From positions 2,720,001-2,784,000 of the forward strand of contig CBDBBI010000010.1 in NCBI GenBank assembly GCA_965202625.1: a stretch of 64,000 nt of DNA. The letters are read 5' to 3'. Source of the DNA: a bacterium. GTDB taxonomy: Bacteria; UBA8248. A program made the position numbers and the translations under genes. Below the pieces are notes generated by a model. That model did not search any database, had not been told where the DNA came from, and worked only from the letters and a program-made list of their open reading frames with translations. This document shows positions 1-11,899 of the stretch, one piece after another (position 1 is the stretch's first letter; the number at the start of each line of letters is the position of its first letter).

Positions 1-1551
1 GAACGTAATCGCCTTTTGCGGCCCCAGCTGGTCCAGCAGTTTGACGGTGGCCAGATTCAGGGACGATTGCAACGCTCTTCTCATGGTGACGGGTCCATGG
101 AATTTGTTGCTGTAGTTTCTGGGTTTCCAATCCTTGAGCGTGCCGGGCATCCGGCGGACGAGCGGAGTGTCCATGAGAATGTGGGCGGGAGTGTAGCCTT
201 GGGATAGTGCCGTCCCCATGATGATCGGCTTCAGGGCCGAGCCGGGCTGGCGGCGCGCCTGAGTGCCCCGATTGAATGGAAAGCGGCGGAAATTGGTTCC
301 GCCCACAAGCGCGCGGAGCGCTCCGGTTCTGGGGTCGAACGCGACAACGGCGCCCTGAACGGTTTCCTGCCATTCCAGAAAGAGTTTCCTCGCACCGCGA
401 TCCACTTTGACCGCGCGTCCTAGGAGAAGGTCTCCCGCTCGCAGTCTGTTGGGTTTGACCCGTTCGGGAAGCGACATTTCGGTTTCATAGTTTCCGATGA
501 GTCCGCTTACCATGTTTCCCTTGATATCCAAAGCGTGAAACTGGAATCCGTCCCCCAGGCGCGGAGGTCTTCCGGTTTTCTCTTCCGGGCGGAGGAATCC
601 GCGGTTTCGGTTTATTTTTTCTACCCCCTTGACGAGCGCCCGATGCGCGTTTTTCTGCAACGCGAAGTCGATGGTCGTATGAATCTGAAGACCACCCTGA
701 TAGAGGGATTGTCCAAATCTGCGGCTGAGGAGAAGGCGTGTCTTTTCGACGAAGTAGGCAGCCTCTGGAACGAGGTTGGCGACGTGAGGAAAGAGCTGGA
801 CGGGTTCTTCAAGGGCGATTCTTTCTTGTTCGGCGGTGATAAAGCCGGATGTCCGCATTCTTTTGATGACCAGGTTGCGTCGTTCCAGCCCTCTCTCGGG
901 ATGGATTTTGGGGTTGAATCGCGTAGGCGCCTTGGGCAACCCCGCGATCATTGCGGATTCCGCTATAGTGAGTTGGGCGACCGTTTTTCCAAAGTAGATT
1001 TGGGCGGCCGCTTGTACCCCATATGCTCCGCTGCCGAGGTAGATTTGGTTTAGGTAGAATTCGAGAATTTCATCCTTTGTGAAGCGACTCTCGATCTCAA
1101 GAGCGAGGAGCGCTTCTCGAATTTTCCGTTTGAGTTTTTTCTCGGGCGTCAGAAAGAGAACCCTCGCGAGTTGCTGGGTGATGGTACTCCCCCCCTGAGC
1201 GAAATGGCCCGCCCGCAGGTTTTTGAGAAACGCCCGGGCAATATCCGGATAGCTGACGCCCGGGTGCTCGTAAAAGCGGCTATCCTCTATGGCGAGAAAC
1301 GCCTGACGTAGTGTGAGGGGAATTTGCCGCAAGGGGATGGGCCTTCTTTTTTCCTGGTATAGTTCCGCGAGGAGTTCGCCTCCTTGCGCGTAAATGCGCG
1401 TGATGGTACTGGGTTTGTAGTTTTGCAGGCGCTCGAGTTCGGGAAAGTCATACAGATAGCTGAAACCCGCGCCGATGCACGTTCCACCCACAAGCGCGAT
1501 GACGCCCAGCGTCAGAAGAATGGTTTTGCCGCGTCGAGAACGGGGAAGCAA
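1..1551 (-). CDS. mrcA: Class A penicillin-binding protein (PBP1A family), partial; 3' end runs off the window start; absent from the ORF track
   Basis: Manual minus-strand translation gives an N-terminal TM segment and transglycosylase motifs AIEDSRFYEHPG, QGGSTITQQLAR, RKIRE, KDEILEFYLNQIYLG and AMIAGLPKAP. Likely TTG start at 1551 with AAAGAGG upstream; an in-frame TAA at 1579-1581 bounds the 5' end. Confidence 0.9.
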   Translation of the reverse strand, partial: MLPRSRRGKTILLTLGVIALVGGTCIGAGFSYLYDFPELERLQNYKPSTITRIYAQGGELLAELYQEKRRPIPLRQIPLTLRQAFLAIEDSRFYEHPGVSYPDIARAFLKNLRAGHFAQGGSTITQQLARVLFLTPEKKLKRKIREALLALEIESRFTKDEILEFYLNQIYLGSGAYGVQAAAQIYFGKTVAQLTIAESAMIAGLPKAPTRFNPKIHPERGLERRNLVIKRMRTSGFITAEQERIALEEPVQLFPHVANLVPEAAYFVEKTRLLLSRRFGQSLYQGGLQIHTTIDFALQKNAHRALVKGVEKINRNRGFLRPEEKTGRPPRLGDGFQFHALDIKGNMVSGLIGNYETEMSLPERVKPNRLRAGDLLLGRAVKVDRGARKLFLEWQETVQGAVVAFDPRTGALRALVGGTNFRRFPFNRGTQARRQPGSALKPIIMGTALSQGYTPAHILMDTPLVRRMPGTLKDWKPRNYSNKFHGPVTMRRALQSSLNLATVKLLDQLGPQKAITF

Positions 1552-1763
1552 CGAAACGTCCTCTTTGGAAGAGGGATTTTAAAGACGTCTCCCCGCACTT
1601 TGGCGGAGCACGCTCATTGTAGATTCGATGCGGTGTTCGCGCAACGTCTGAAAAGAGCGCGCCTGCGTTGACAAGCGTGAATCAGGGCGACATAAAGGGA
1701 GGCAAGTCGTGTTTCGTATCCTTCCTGTCCCATCGTCCGTCGCAATTGAAGGGAGCGTGTAGA

Positions 1764-2271
1764 GTGTTTAAGCAATTACGTGTTCTGGTGCTCAATCAGA
1801 AGTATGAGCCGATTTACGTTTGCGACGCGCGATTCGCATGACGATCAAGGGGAAAGCGGACGCCATCGAAACGAACGGCTTGCTCTTCTGCAGCGAGGCG
1901 ATGCGGTTTCATCTTCCTTCCGTCATACTTCTGCGGGGGTATGTCTTCGTTCCGCACAGGAGCCAAACGCCGTTCAGCAAAAGAAACTTGATGCGTCGCG
2001 GCAGCGCGGCAGGAACATCTGTCAGTATTGCGGCGCAAAAGGCAGTCATTTGACGGTGGATGACGTTTTGCGGCGGTCGCTCCACGTGGGAGAACATGGT
2101 TTGCAGTTGCCGGAAATGCAACACGAAAAAGGAGATCGCACTCCCGACGAGGCAGGTTTGAGTTTAAGAACAAAGCCGCAAGAACCCACGTTTTTCGTGT
2201 CGTGTCACCTGAACCATCGTTTTCCGCAAGCCGCGCCGGGCGTATGGGATAAGTATTTCTACCTCACCTAG
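1764..2271 (+). pseudogene. HNH endonuclease (McrA-like) pseudogene with several frameshifts
   Basis: Homologous segments lie in different frames: VLVLNQKYEP / RRAIRMTIKGKADAIE..PSVILLRGYV..FSKRNLMRR / CQYCG..LTVDDV / GGRSTWENMVCSCRKCNTKK / GDRTPDEAGL..WDKYFY. Confidence 0.85.
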
Positions 2272-2345
2272 TTCATGAAGTCTCAGGGTTTATCCGCTAG
2301 AATGCCCGGGTGTCGCGTCCTACAGGTGGAGGCGGTTTGTCATCT

Positions 2346-4355
2346 ATGAGCGCATTCGAGCTCCACTCGAAATTCTCGCCCACGGGCGATCAGCCCGAAG
2401 CGATAGACGCCATCATCCGACAATTCGAGGAGGGCCAGAACCATCAGGTTCTCCTGGGTGTCACCGGTTCCGGCAAAACATTCACGGTCGCGAACGTCAT
2501 CGCGCGGATGGGGAAGTCTACCCTCGTCATCGCTCACAACAAAACGTTGGCCGCCCAGCTTTACAATGAGTTCAAGGGATTCTTCCCGAACAACGCGGTG
2601 GAATATTTCGTTAGTTATTATGACTACTATCAGCCGGAGGCTTATGTCCCCACGACGGATACATTTATCGAAAAAGATGCCTCCATCAACGACGAGCTAG
2701 ACTGTCTACGCCACTCGGCTACGCGCTCCGCCTTGATGAGGGAAGACGTCATCGTGGTGGCGAGCGTGAGTTCTATCTACGGGTTGGGTTCGCCGGCCGA
2801 TTACTTTGATCTCCATATCGACGTTTCCGTCGGCATGGAGATGGACCGAGAGGAGTTGCTCACGCAGCTGACGAGAATTCAGTATCGACGCTTGGACGCC
2901 GGTCTGCGCCGCGCCACCTTTCGCGCGCGCGGAGACGTCGTCGAAATTCTGCCCGCCCACGAAGAGGAGCAAGCGATTCGCGTAGAGTTCTTCGGAGAGG
3001 AGATCGACAGCATCGCGCAAATCGATCCGATGCGGGGAGTCGTCTTAAGAAAACTCGACCGGGTGGAGCTCTACCCCAACAGCCATTACATTACGCCCGA
3101 GGAGAGGCTCTCGTGCGCCATTGAGGGCATCCAGAAAGAGTTGTGGGAACAGGTAGCGAAACTCGACGCGTTGGGAAAATCCTATGAAGCGCAACGCTTG
3201 CGGCAGAGAACTTTGCAGGATGTCGAGATGCTCAGAGAGGTCGGCTACTGTCACGGGGTCGAGAACTACAGCTTGCACCTCGACGGACGTTTGACGGATG
3301 AGCCGCCGGCGACATTGTTCTCCTATTTCTCCCGGGATCATCTGGTGGTGATAGACGAGAGTCACCAAAGCATCCCCCAGTTACGGGGAATGTACCGAGG
3401 AGATCGCTCGCGCAAGGAAAACCTGGTGGCGTATGGCTTCCGATTACCTTCGGCCCTGGACAATCGCCCTCTTCGCCTAGAGGAATTCGAAGCGAACCTC
3501 AAGAACACGATATATGTTTCTGCGACCCCCGGCCCCTACGAACTTAAGAAGAGCGAAGGCGTTGTCGTCGAGCAGCTGTTAAGGCCCACTGGCTTGGTGG
3601 ATCCCCCGGTGGAGATTCGTCCAGTGCAGGGGCAGGTGGACGACTTGCTTGCCGAGGTGCGACAGGCGGCGGCGGCGGGCGATCGGATTCTCGTCACCAC
3701 CCTGACGAAGAGGTTTTCCGAAGATTTGACGGAATATTATGAGGACTTGGGGGTTCGGGTTCGCTACATGCACAGCGACATCGACGCTCTCGAACGGGTG
3801 CGAATCATTCGCGAGCTGCGGTCCGGCGTCTTTGATGTGTTAATCGGCATCAACCTGCTGCGCGAAGGTCTGGATTTGCCTGAAGTCGCTCTGGTGGCCA
3901 TATTTGATGCGGATAAGGAAGGGTTTTTACGATCTGACACTTCCTTGATTCAAACGTCCGGCCGCGCGGCCAGGCACGTCGGCGGCCGCGTCATCATGTA
4001 TGCGGATCGCGTCACCGACAGCATGCGCCGCGCGCTTGACGAGATGGACAGGAGAAGAGGGGCGCAAATCGCTTACAACGAGGCGAACGGGGTCGTTCCC
4101 CGCTCCATCAGCCGCAGGATGGATGCGCTTTTGGAAGCGTCCGATGGGCGGGATGGGGACGAAGCCTTTGAATGGGACAATGCGGGAATCCCGCCTCCTT
4201 CCGAGATGGACGCGTCGGCTTTGGATGCGCTTCGCTCCCAGATGCGCGAGGCAGCGCAAAATCTGGAATTTGAAAAAGCCGCCGAGATCCGCGACAAGAT
4301 TCTCGTCATCGAGCGTCGCCAGCTCGGCCTCGCCCCTCCTCAGGTCATGATATGA
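2346..4355 (+). CDS. uvrB: Excinuclease ABC subunit B
   Basis: GVTGSGKT Walker [11 protein letters not shown] beta-hairpin, DESH, C-terminal UVR coil; ATG at 2346 after GGAGG. Confidence 0.98.
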   Translation: MSAFELHSKFSPTGDQPEAIDAIIRQFEEGQNHQVLLGVTGSGKTFTVANVIARMGKSTLVIAHNKTLAAQLYNEFKGFFPNNAVEYFVSYYDYYQPEAYVPTTDTFIEKDASINDELDCLRHSATRSALMREDVIVVASVSSIYGLGSPADYFDLHIDVSVGMEMDREELLTQLTRIQYRRLDAGLRRATFRARGDVVEILPAHEEEQAIRVEFFGEEIDSIAQIDPMRGVVLRKLDRVELYPNSHYITPEERLSCAIEGIQKELWEQVAKLDALGKSYEAQRLRQRTLQDVEMLREVGYCHGVENYSLHLDGRLTDEPPATLFSYFSRDHLVVIDESHQSIPQLRGMYRGDRSRKENLVAYGFRLPSALDNRPLRLEEFEANLKNTIYVSATPGPYELKKSEGVVVEQLLRPTGLVDPPVEIRPVQGQVDDLLAEVRQAAAAGDRILVTTLTKRFSEDLTEYYEDLGVRVRYMHSDIDALERVRIIRELRSGVFDVLIGINLLREGLDLPEVALVAIFDADKEGFLRSDTSLIQTSGRAARHVGGRVIMYADRVTDSMRRALDEMDRRRGAQIAYNEANGVVPRSISRRMDALLEASDGRDGDEAFEWDNAGIPPPSEMDASALDALRSQMREAAQNLEFEKAAEIRDKILVIERRQLGLAPPQVMI

Positions 4356-6265
4356 GCGTCGGTGCCCTTCCCGCCGGCTCTATCCACGTGGGAGAGGACC
4401 GTTCGTTCTTGAAGTCTCTGCCGGAGAAGCCGGGGATATACGTTTTCAGGGGCCGGACGGGAGATGTCCTCTACGTCGGCAAGGCGCTGCGTCTGAGAAG
4501 CAGGGTGCGCAGCTATTTCGCCAAAAGGACTGGGCGCGGCCCCTGGATTCAGAAAATGGTGGAGGAATCCTCCACCATTGAGCATGTGGTGACGGCCAAC
4601 GAAATCGAGGCGCTCATCCTCGAGAGCAATTACATTAAAAAGCACAAGCCCCGGCACAACGTGTTGTTGCGCGATGACAAGCACTTTCCCTATCTCAAGC
4701 TGAGCATGGGCGAGAGCTATCCGCGCCTGAGCGTCGTTCGCCGTCCCGCGGGAGACGGTTCCTCCTATCTGGGGCCTTTTCCGTCGGCGAGCAGCCTCAG
4801 ACGGACAATTCGCTTTTTGCAAAAAACGTTTCATATTCGGCCCTGCGCGGGCGGCATTGAGGACAAGACGGCGAAGCGGTGCATCTACTTTCAGATGGGT
4901 CAGTGCCTGGGTCCCTGCGACGATCATCAAAGCCTCAAAGCCTATCGGGATGGCGTTGCGGACGCTCTTGATTTTCTAAAGGGAAAAAACCTAGAGCTGA
5001 TCCGAAGACTCAGGAAGCAGATGCAGGAGCATTCCCGGGATCAGCGCTACGAGGCCGCCGCCAAGGTGCGGGATCAGATTAGGGGAATTGAGCACGTTAC
5101 CGAACGGCAGACCATGTCGTCTGTGCGGGGAGGCGATCAGGATGTGCTCGGCTACCATCGTGGGAGGGGGAAGGCGACTTTTCGGGTGTTTTTCGTCCGA
5201 GGGGGCAGGTTGTTGGGCGACCAGGGATTTCACGTGGCCGCCCGGGAGGACGTTCCCGACGGGGAGGTTGTCTCCGCGTTTGTGAAGCAGTATTACTGGG
5301 ATAAGAGTTTTTTCCCCGACAAGGTGCTCTTGCCCTCCGCCGTGGATGACGCCTCGCTCATCGCTATGTGGCTATCCGAGAGGCGGGGAAAGAGAGTATC
5401 CGTTTTCCATCCTCTCCGGGGGGATAAGCGCAGGCTGGTCGAGATGGCGAGCGAGAATGCGTCGCACGCCCAGGAGCGGGAAGACGCTTTGGTCAAAAAG
5501 GAGCAGCAAACGCTCGAGGAGATTCGCAGGGCGTTGGCGCTTGAGGGATTGCCGGTGCGGATCGAGGCGTTTGACGTGTCGAATCTGCAAGGGAGCCATG
5601 TTGTCGGCGCCAGTGTCATGTTCCAGGAGGGACGGCCGCTGAAGGATGGCTACCGCCGCTACAGGATCAAGAGCGTGGAGGAGTCGCCCGATGACTATGC
5701 CTCTATGCGTGAGATCGTTTTTAGACGCATGGAGCGTCTGGTGAACGAGGGAGGCGAGATGCCGGATCTTCTGCTGATCGACGGGGGAAGGGGACAACTC
5801 TCCTCTGCCGCCTCGGCGCTGGAGGAACTTGGAGTGGCGGACGTGGCGTTGTGCGCGATTTCGAAGGGCAGAAGTGCCGACAATCCCGAAGCGCAGGACG
5901 TCATTTTCCTTCCCGGACAGACTGACCCCGTTCAGTTGGAGGAGGGGAGCGCGCCGAAGCGTATGCTCCAAAAGATTCGCGATGAAGCGCATCGGTTCGT
6001 CTTGACGTTTCATCGGACGCGACGCCGGCACGCGGCCATGAGGAGCGGCCTTGACGACGTGCCGGGTCTGGGCCCGAAGCGCAAGCGTGCGCTTTTGCGA
6101 ACTTTTGGCAGCTTGCGGGGTGTTTTGGAGGCGAGCGAAGAGGCGCTCCTTGAAGTGGAGGGCGTCACGCCGAAACTCGTGAGCGTCTTGAGAGAAAAAC
6201 TCGGCGGGGCGAGCGCGTTCGCCGAAAGCACCGCGAAAAGCGCCTTACGGGCGGGCGAGCTTTGA
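4352..6265 (+). CDS. uvrC: Excinuclease ABC subunit C
   Basis: N-terminal GIY-YIG (PGIYVF..LYVGKA), [24 protein letters not shown] and a C-terminal HhH. Confidence 0.97.
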   Translation: MSVGALPAGSIHVGEDRSFLKSLPEKPGIYVFRGRTGDVLYVGKALRLRSRVRSYFAKRTGRGPWIQKMVEESSTIEHVVTANEIEALILESNYIKKHKPRHNVLLRDDKHFPYLKLSMGESYPRLSVVRRPAGDGSSYLGPFPSASSLRRTIRFLQKTFHIRPCAGGIEDKTAKRCIYFQMGQCLGPCDDHQSLKAYRDGVADALDFLKGKNLELIRRLRKQMQEHSRDQRYEAAAKVRDQIRGIEHVTERQTMSSVRGGDQDVLGYHRGRGKATFRVFFVRGGRLLGDQGFHVAAREDVPDGEVVSAFVKQYYWDKSFFPDKVLLPSAVDDASLIAMWLSERRGKRVSVFHPLRGDKRRLVEMASENASHAQEREDALVKKEQQTLEEIRRALALEGLPVRIEAFDVSNLQGSHVVGASVMFQEGRPLKDGYRRYRIKSVEESPDDYASMREIVFRRMERLVNEGGEMPDLLLIDGGRGQLSSAASALEELGVADVALCAISKGRSADNPEAQDVIFLPGQTDPVQLEEGSAPKRMLQKIRDEAHRFVLTFHRTRRRHAAMRSGLDDVPGLGPKRKRALLRTFGSLRGVLEASEEALLEVEGVTPKLVSVLREKLGGASAFAESTAKSALRAGEL

Positions 6266-7806
6266 AGGCGCGAGACGCGGGGTACGCCATATTCTCGGGT
6301 CTTTTGCTGGCGTCCTTGTTTCCGCCATTTCGGTTTGAGGTTTTGGCGTGGATTTCGCTCGTCCCTTTTTTGTGGGCCTTGAAGGGCAAAAAGCCGCATG
6401 AAGCGTTCATGCTAGGTTGGCTGACCGGGCTGGCTTCTTTCGGCGTCATCATCTGGTGGGTGAAAATTTCCATGACCACCTATGGCGGCCTCTCTTCTGG
6501 GCTCGCGTGGGTGGTGACCGCCGTCCTCGCGGCCTATCTGGCGTTGTACCCCGGGCTATTCGCGTTTTTCATGGCGCGGATGCGGGCGGATTCCATCCTT
6601 GTTGTTCTCGCCGCGGCGCCTTTTTGGGTTTCGTTTGAATTGCTTCGCGCCCATGTTTTGTCCGGTTTTCCATGGGCGTTGCTGGGTTATAGTCAGTATC
6701 GCTCGCTGCACGTCATTCAAATCGCGGATCTGACGGGCGTGTATGGTGTATCGTTTTTCATCGTGTTCGTCAACGCGGCGATTTGGCATTTTTTTCGCTT
6801 CCCGCAGAGGGTGCCCTACGCCATGGTCGTCGGCGTTTCGCTCGTGACAGCGTTCGTTTTGGGCTACGGTCACTTGCGGCTCCGTGAAGTGCCTGTCGAG
6901 ACGAGGGGCGCGGCGCGTCCGATAGGCATCGTCCAAGGCAACGTGGATCAGTCCGTGAAATGGTCTCCCCAATGGAGGAGGTCCATCGTCGAGAAGATGG
7001 GAGAGTTGACGAGGGACCTCAAGAGTCGTTTTCCGGAAAGCGGATTGCGCACTCCTCCACTCCTCGTTTGGCCGGAGGCGGCAGCACCTTTTGTGTACCA
7101 AAGAGAAGAGGGTGGGAGAAGGTATGTTCGCCGGCTCGCGAGAGAGGTGAACGCCTATCTGCTGTTTGGCGCGCTCGGGCAGCGCGATGGAGAGGAGGCG
7201 CCAAGGTTGACGAATTCGGCGTATCTCCTTGGTCCGAATGGCGAGGATATGGGCCGATATGACAAGATGCACCTGCTGCCCTTCGGCGAGTACGTTCCGC
7301 TCGGTGCGCTTTTGTTTTTTGTAAAAAAACTAGTGCCGGTAATTGGCGCGTTCAGTCCTGGAGATACCCCGAAAGTGTTTGAAGCCGCCGGCGCGAAATT
7401 CGGCGTCTTGATTTGTTTTGAGGCGATTTTTCCCCGCGTGGTGCGGCGGATGAAAGACGCGCAGTTTCTCGTCAACATCACGAATGACGCTTGGTTTGGA
7501 AAAACCGCAGCATCTGAACAGCATTTGTCCATGGTGGCTTTCCGGGCGGTGGAGTTTCGCACTCCGATCGTCCGCTCGGCCAACACGGGGATCAGTGCGT
7601 TGATCGCCCCCACCGGAACGATTCGCAAGCGAAGCCCCCTTTTTGAGGAATGGATACACGCCGACGCCGTTTCGCTGAAAAAAGCCCCCCCCAGCGCTTA
7701 CGCCAGGATGGGCGACGTGTTCGCATATGTGTGTGTCTTCGTCTCCGTGGCGGCGATTTGGTTGTTTCGTTCCAGCCGGCGCTCTTGGATGTGGTATCGT
7801 AAGTAG
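6262..7806 (+). CDS. lnt: Apolipoprotein N-acyltransferase
   Basis: Multi-TM N-terminus with GFPW; nitrilase triad motifs WPEAA, YDKMHLLPFGEY and ICFE; TNDAWFG; RSANTGIS. Confidence 0.96.
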   Translation: MKARDAGYAIFSGLLLASLFPPFRFEVLAWISLVPFLWALKGKKPHEAFMLGWLTGLASFGVIIWWVKISMTTYGGLSSGLAWVVTAVLAAYLALYPGLFAFFMARMRADSILVVLAAAPFWVSFELLRAHVLSGFPWALLGYSQYRSLHVIQIADLTGVYGVSFFIVFVNAAIWHFFRFPQRVPYAMVVGVSLVTAFVLGYGHLRLREVPVETRGAARPIGIVQGNVDQSVKWSPQWRRSIVEKMGELTRDLKSRFPESGLRTPPLLVWPEAAAPFVYQREEGGRRYVRRLAREVNAYLLFGALGQRDGEEAPRLTNSAYLLGPNGEDMGRYDKMHLLPFGEYVPLGALLFFVKKLVPVIGAFSPGDTPKVFEAAGAKFGVLICFEAIFPRVVRRMKDAQFLVNITNDAWFGKTAASEQHLSMVAFRAVEFRTPIVRSANTGISALIAPTGTIRKRSPLFEEWIHADAVSLKKAPPSAYARMGDVFAYVCVFVSVAAIWLFRSSRRSWMWYRK

Positions 7807-7872
7807 GACGCTTGGGTGCGTTCCTGCGAAAAATCATCGGGTTTGTTGGACTGCGGAGGATGGGAACTATCC

Positions 7873-8995
7873 ATGGAAGAATTATGCAAGAAATGTGAGC
7901 TACTGGAAGCGCGCCTCCTTGAACTGCGAGGGCGGCTTTGACCTCGATCGACTCGAAACCGATCGCGCCGCGTTAGACAAACGGGCTGGAGAGGCGAATT
8001 TCTGGAACGATCCCGAAGCCGCGCAGAACACGCTGAGGCGTCGCTCCTCCGTTCAGAAAACGATTCAAAGCTGGGAGAATCTGAACGTCGGACTCAAGGA
8101 GCAGAAGGAACTTCTTCAACTTCTTCAGTTGGAGGAAGGATCCGAATCAGCACTCCTTGTTGATATCGAGAACGCCCTTTCTTCTCTTTTCAGTGAAACC
8201 GAGCACCTAGAGTTCCGCTTGGTCATGGATTCTGAGGAAGACATGACCAACGCTATTCTCTCTGTGAATGCGGGAGCAGGGGGCGTTGAAAGCCAGGATT
8301 GGGCCGAGATGCTCTTTCGCATGTATGCGAGGTGGGCGGAGGAGAGGGGATACCAAGTGCGTATTGTTTCCATGCTCGGGGGAGAAGAGGCAGGCATCAA
8401 GAACGCGACCCTAATCGTTCAGGGGGATTACGCTTACGGGTATCTTCGCTCGGAGGTCGGCGTGCATCGCTTGATAAGGATTTCACCTTTCGACGCCAGC
8501 GCGAAGAGGCACACCTCTTTCGCTTCTGTGGACGTCGTTCCCGAAGTGTCGGATGATGTGGAGATCGAGATCGATGAGAATGATTTGCGGATAGACGTGT
8601 TCAGGAGCTCGGGCGCTGGCGGCCAACACGTGAATACCACGGACTCCGCCGTGCGGATTACCCACTTGCCGACGAACATCGTGGTTTCGTGTCAAAATGA
8701 GAGAAGCCAGCATAAGAACCGCGCCACCGCCATGAAACTGCTGCGCGGCCAGTTGTATGAGATGGAGAAGCGAAAGCGCGCTGAGCAGAAGGAAACGCAG
8801 CATGCGATGAAGAAGACGATAGGATTCGGGAGCCAGATTCGCTCCTACATATTGCATCCGTATCGGATGGTGAAGGATCATCGAACTGATGTGGAGCACT
8901 CCGACGTGAACGCCGTGCTGGACGGGAACATTGATGTGTTTGTCGACGCCTATCTCCTCTCCTTGATAGAGGAGAAGACAAACGCACGCGCGTAG
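7873..8995 (+). CDS. prfB: Peptide chain release factor 2 with a programmed +1 frameshift at 7936-7942
   Basis: ATG at 7873 reads MEELCKKCELLEARLLELRGRL into CTT TGA C; the +1 frame continues with SPF and GGQ motifs. Confidence 0.97.
7928..7942 (+). promoter_or_regulatory. RF2 autoregulatory frameshift site (internal SD plus CTT TGA C)
   Basis: Sequence GAGGG CGG CTT TGA C matches the canonical prfB slippery site. Confidence 0.93.
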
Positions 8996-9075
8996 TCGTC
9001 GAGGGATTATGTGAGGTACTGAGAGGCGCATGGAGAAAACGGGAGTTTTAGCCATATGATGAAAGAGGACGCGGG

Positions 9076-10620
9076 ATGAGGGAGCCTGTGGCGGACGAAG
9101 CGGCATCGCCTCCGGGCGCGCGCGAGGATGAGAACGTTTTGATCCAGCAGCGGAGAAGAAAACTCGACGCGATTCGCGCTTCTGGAGTCAATCCCTTTGT
9201 GAATCGATTTTCGACGACGCACCAGATTGGCGCTATCGTTTGTGCGTTTCGTGAAACGCCGACAGATGGTTTTGATGAGGCGAGAGAGGCGCGTTTCTCT
9301 GTGGCGGGGCGCATCCTCGCTAAACGGGTGCAGGGGAAAGTCGTCTTTGTCGATCTTCGGGACGGGACGGGACAAATCCAGTTGTTCGTTCGAATGAACG
9401 ATGTTGGCGAGGAGGCTTTTCAGTTCGTGCGGGAGATGGACGTCGGCGACATCGCCGGAGCGGAGGGCGGCGTATTCCGCACGAGGATGGGTGAGCTCTC
9501 CGTCTGGGTGCGGCGGATATGTCTGCTGACGAAAAGTGTAAGGCCGTTGCCGGAAAAATGGCATGGCCTGAAAGATGTAGAAGCGCGCTACCGCCAGCGC
9601 TATCTGGATTTGATTGCCAACCCCGACGTGGTCAAGGTGTTTCGGGTGCGCGCTCGGATGATTCAGTTGATACGACGTTTTTTGGACGACTTGAATTTTC
9701 TGGAAGTCGAAACCCCGATGATGCAGGCCATCGCCGGTGGGGCAGCGGCCAGACCGTTCGCCACTTACCACAATACGCTGGAGATGCCCTTGTACCTTCG
9801 AGTGGCGCCCGAGCTCTATCTCAAGCGTCTTGTGGTCGGTGGCATGGATCGCGTCTATGAGATCAACCGCAATTTCAGGAACGAGGGCATATCCACGCAA
9901 CATAACCCAGAGTTCACGATGCTTGAGTTCTATATGGCCTATGTGGATTACAACGACCTGATGCGCCTGACGGAGAAGATGGTGGCGTCTTTGACGCGGG
10001 ACATTCTGGGCGGAGACGCCCTCAAATACGGGGATGAGGAAATATCGTTTCAGGCGCCCTGGGCGAGATACAAGTGGCGAGATTCCATCGTGGTCTTGGG
10101 CGGAGCGCCGAGCGTGACGCTCGAAGACGAGGCAGAGGCGCGTCTTTTTGCGAGGGCGATTGCGGGCCCTAAAGGGTATCCCATACCGGATGGGATGGGT
10201 CACGTCCGCATTCTGGAGTATCTGTTCGAAGAATTAGTGGAGCCGAAACTCAAGCAACCGACCTTTATCTATGATTTTCCCAAATCCCTTTCGCCGCTGG
10301 CCAAGAGCAGGGAGGATGACCCCGATACGGTGGAGCGGTTCGAGCTCATCATCGCCGGGCGCGAGATTGCCAACGCCTATACGGAATTAAACGATCCGAA
10401 CGATCAGCGTGCGCGCTTCGAGGAGCAGGCGGCGGCGCGCGCCGCTGGCGACGAGGAGTCCCACGAGATCGACAGAGATTATTTGGAAGCTTTGGAATAC
10501 GGCTTGCCACCTGCCGCGGGCGAGGGAATCGGGATTGACAGACTCGCGATGCTGCTGACGAATACGCATTCGATTCGCGACGTGATCCTTTTTCCCCTCA
10601 TGCGGAAACGTCAGGGATGA
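9076..10620 (+). CDS. lysS: Lysine--tRNA ligase (class II)
   Basis: OB fold, [44 protein letters not shown]. Confidence 0.98.
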   Translation: MREPVADEAASPPGAREDENVLIQQRRRKLDAIRASGVNPFVNRFSTTHQIGAIVCAFRETPTDGFDEAREARFSVAGRILAKRVQGKVVFVDLRDGTGQIQLFVRMNDVGEEAFQFVREMDVGDIAGAEGGVFRTRMGELSVWVRRICLLTKSVRPLPEKWHGLKDVEARYRQRYLDLIANPDVVKVFRVRARMIQLIRRFLDDLNFLEVETPMMQAIAGGAAARPFATYHNTLEMPLYLRVAPELYLKRLVVGGMDRVYEINRNFRNEGISTQHNPEFTMLEFYMAYVDYNDLMRLTEKMVASLTRDILGGDALKYGDEEISFQAPWARYKWRDSIVVLGGAPSVTLEDEAEARLFARAIAGPKGYPIPDGMGHVRILEYLFEELVEPKLKQPTFIYDFPKSLSPLAKSREDDPDTVERFELIIAGREIANAYTELNDPNDQRARFEEQAAARAAGDEESHEIDRDYLEALEYGLPPAAGEGIGIDRLAMLLTNTHSIRDVILFPLMRKRQG

Positions 10621-10621
10621 A

Positions 10622-11899
10622 GTGTCCTTCTCCGTAGAGGCGTTCATTGGCCTCAGACACCTGCGCTCGAGGGGCAAACTCGCCTTCATATCGCTCACGA
10701 CCTGGATATCCGTGCTGGGGGTCGCGCTGGGCGTTGCCACCCTCATCGTCGTCGTGGGGGTGATGACCGGGTTTCAGCGCGAATTCCGCGAAAAAATCCT
10801 AGGGACGCAAAGCCATGTCGTCGTAGTGAAGTCCGGCGCCGGACTGATGCCGCAATGGCGGGACGTCCTACAGAAGGTGCGTGACCAGGCGGGGGTGGTG
10901 GCGGCGAGTCCCTTCGTGTATGGCCAGGCCATGTTTTCATCCAATGGTCGGACGACGGGGTCGGTCGTGCGGGGGATTGACCCAGTGCGGGAAGTCGACG
11001 TGACGGATATCAAGAGATATTTGAAGGATGGCGCGCTGGAAAGGATTTTAGAGATGGGAAATGGTGCCGGAGGGACGCCCGGCAAGCCAGGCGTCATCCT
11101 CGGAGAGGAACTCGCAAAGAATCTGCTCCTCGGCGTAGGCGATTCGGTGACGATGGTCAGCCCCGTGGGGGTGGTGACACCGATGGGCCTGGTGCCTCGA
11201 ACAAAGAATTTTCAGGTGGCGGGAATCTTTCGCAGCGGGTTTTATCAATACGACGCCGGCCTCGCGTTTATTTCCATGAAGGAGAGCCAAATCTTCTTTG
11301 GTCTCGGCGATTCTGTCACGGGGGTGCATCTGCGCGTGCGGGATATTTTCTCGGCCGAGCACATCTCCCGGAAGATTCAGAGCACGCTCTCGGGGGCGTA
11401 TTGGTCGCGCTCGTGGCAACAAATGAACCGAAACTTGTTCTCCGCCCTGAAAACGGAAAAAACCACACTCACCATCTTGTTGCTTTTGGTCGTCGTCGTT
11501 GCCGCATTCAACATCATAGGTTCTCTCGTAATGGTGGTGATGGAAAAGGGACGCGAAATCGCAATATTGAAATCGATGGGTGCGACGAACGGAGCAATTT
11601 TGAGAATTTTCTTCATTCAGGGGGCTTTCATCGGCCTTCTGGGCGCTGTTCTGGGGATCATCGGCGGACTGTTTCTGGGGTGGAATCTCCATGTGGTGGA
11701 GGATTTTCTAGAGCGCTCGTTTGGTCTGGACATTCTGCCCCCCAGCGTTTATCATATAGAGAAATTGCCAGTGCAGATGACGCCTTTTGACGTCTCTATC
11801 ACTGCCTCGGCCGCTTTTTTCATTTGTTTGGCGGCGACGCTTTATCCTGCATGGCGTGCGTCGTGCGTCGATCCGGTAGAAAATCTCCGCTATGGTTGA
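10622..11899 (+). CDS. lolE: Lipoprotein-releasing ABC transporter permease (LolC/E)
   Basis: GVALGVATLIVVVGVMTGF, AAFNII..LVMVVMEKGREIAILKSMGA, LYPAWRAS. Confidence 0.93.
   Translation: MSFSVEAFIGLRHLRSRGKLAFISLTTWISVLGVALGVATLIVVVGVMTGFQREFREKILGTQSHVVVVKSGAGLMPQWRDVLQKVRDQAGVVAASPFVYGQAMFSSNGRTTGSVVRGIDPVREVDVTDIKRYLKDGALERILEMGNGAGGTPGKPGVILGEELAKNLLLGVGDSVTMVSPVGVVTPMGLVPRTKNFQVAGIFRSGFYQYDAGLAFISMKESQIFFGLGDSVTGVHLRVRDIFSAEHISRKIQSTLSGAYWSRSWQQMNRNLFSALKTEKTTLTILLLLVVVVAAFNIIGSLVMVVMEKGREIAILKSMGATNGAILRIFFIQGAFIGLLGAVLGIIGGLFLGWNLHVVEDFLERSFGLDILPPSVYHIEKLPVQMTPFDVSITASAAFFICLAATLYPAWRASCVDPVENLRYG

Noticed and set aside
1552-1617. Upstream ATG (1617) in frame with PBP1A, suggesting read-through
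   Set aside because: It is separated by TAA at 1579-1581, and a TTG with a good RBS at 1551 explains the start.
535-1671. Plus-strand ORFs 535-1053 and 1384-1671
   Set aside because: They are antisense shadows of the minus-strand PBP1A gene.
2272-2345. LexA/SOS box upstream of uvrB
   Set aside because: No convincing palindrome matching a LexA box I know.
7727-7872. N-terminal extension of the 422-aa RF2 ORF
   Set aside because: It is an artefact of the programmed frameshift; the real start is 7873 in another frame.
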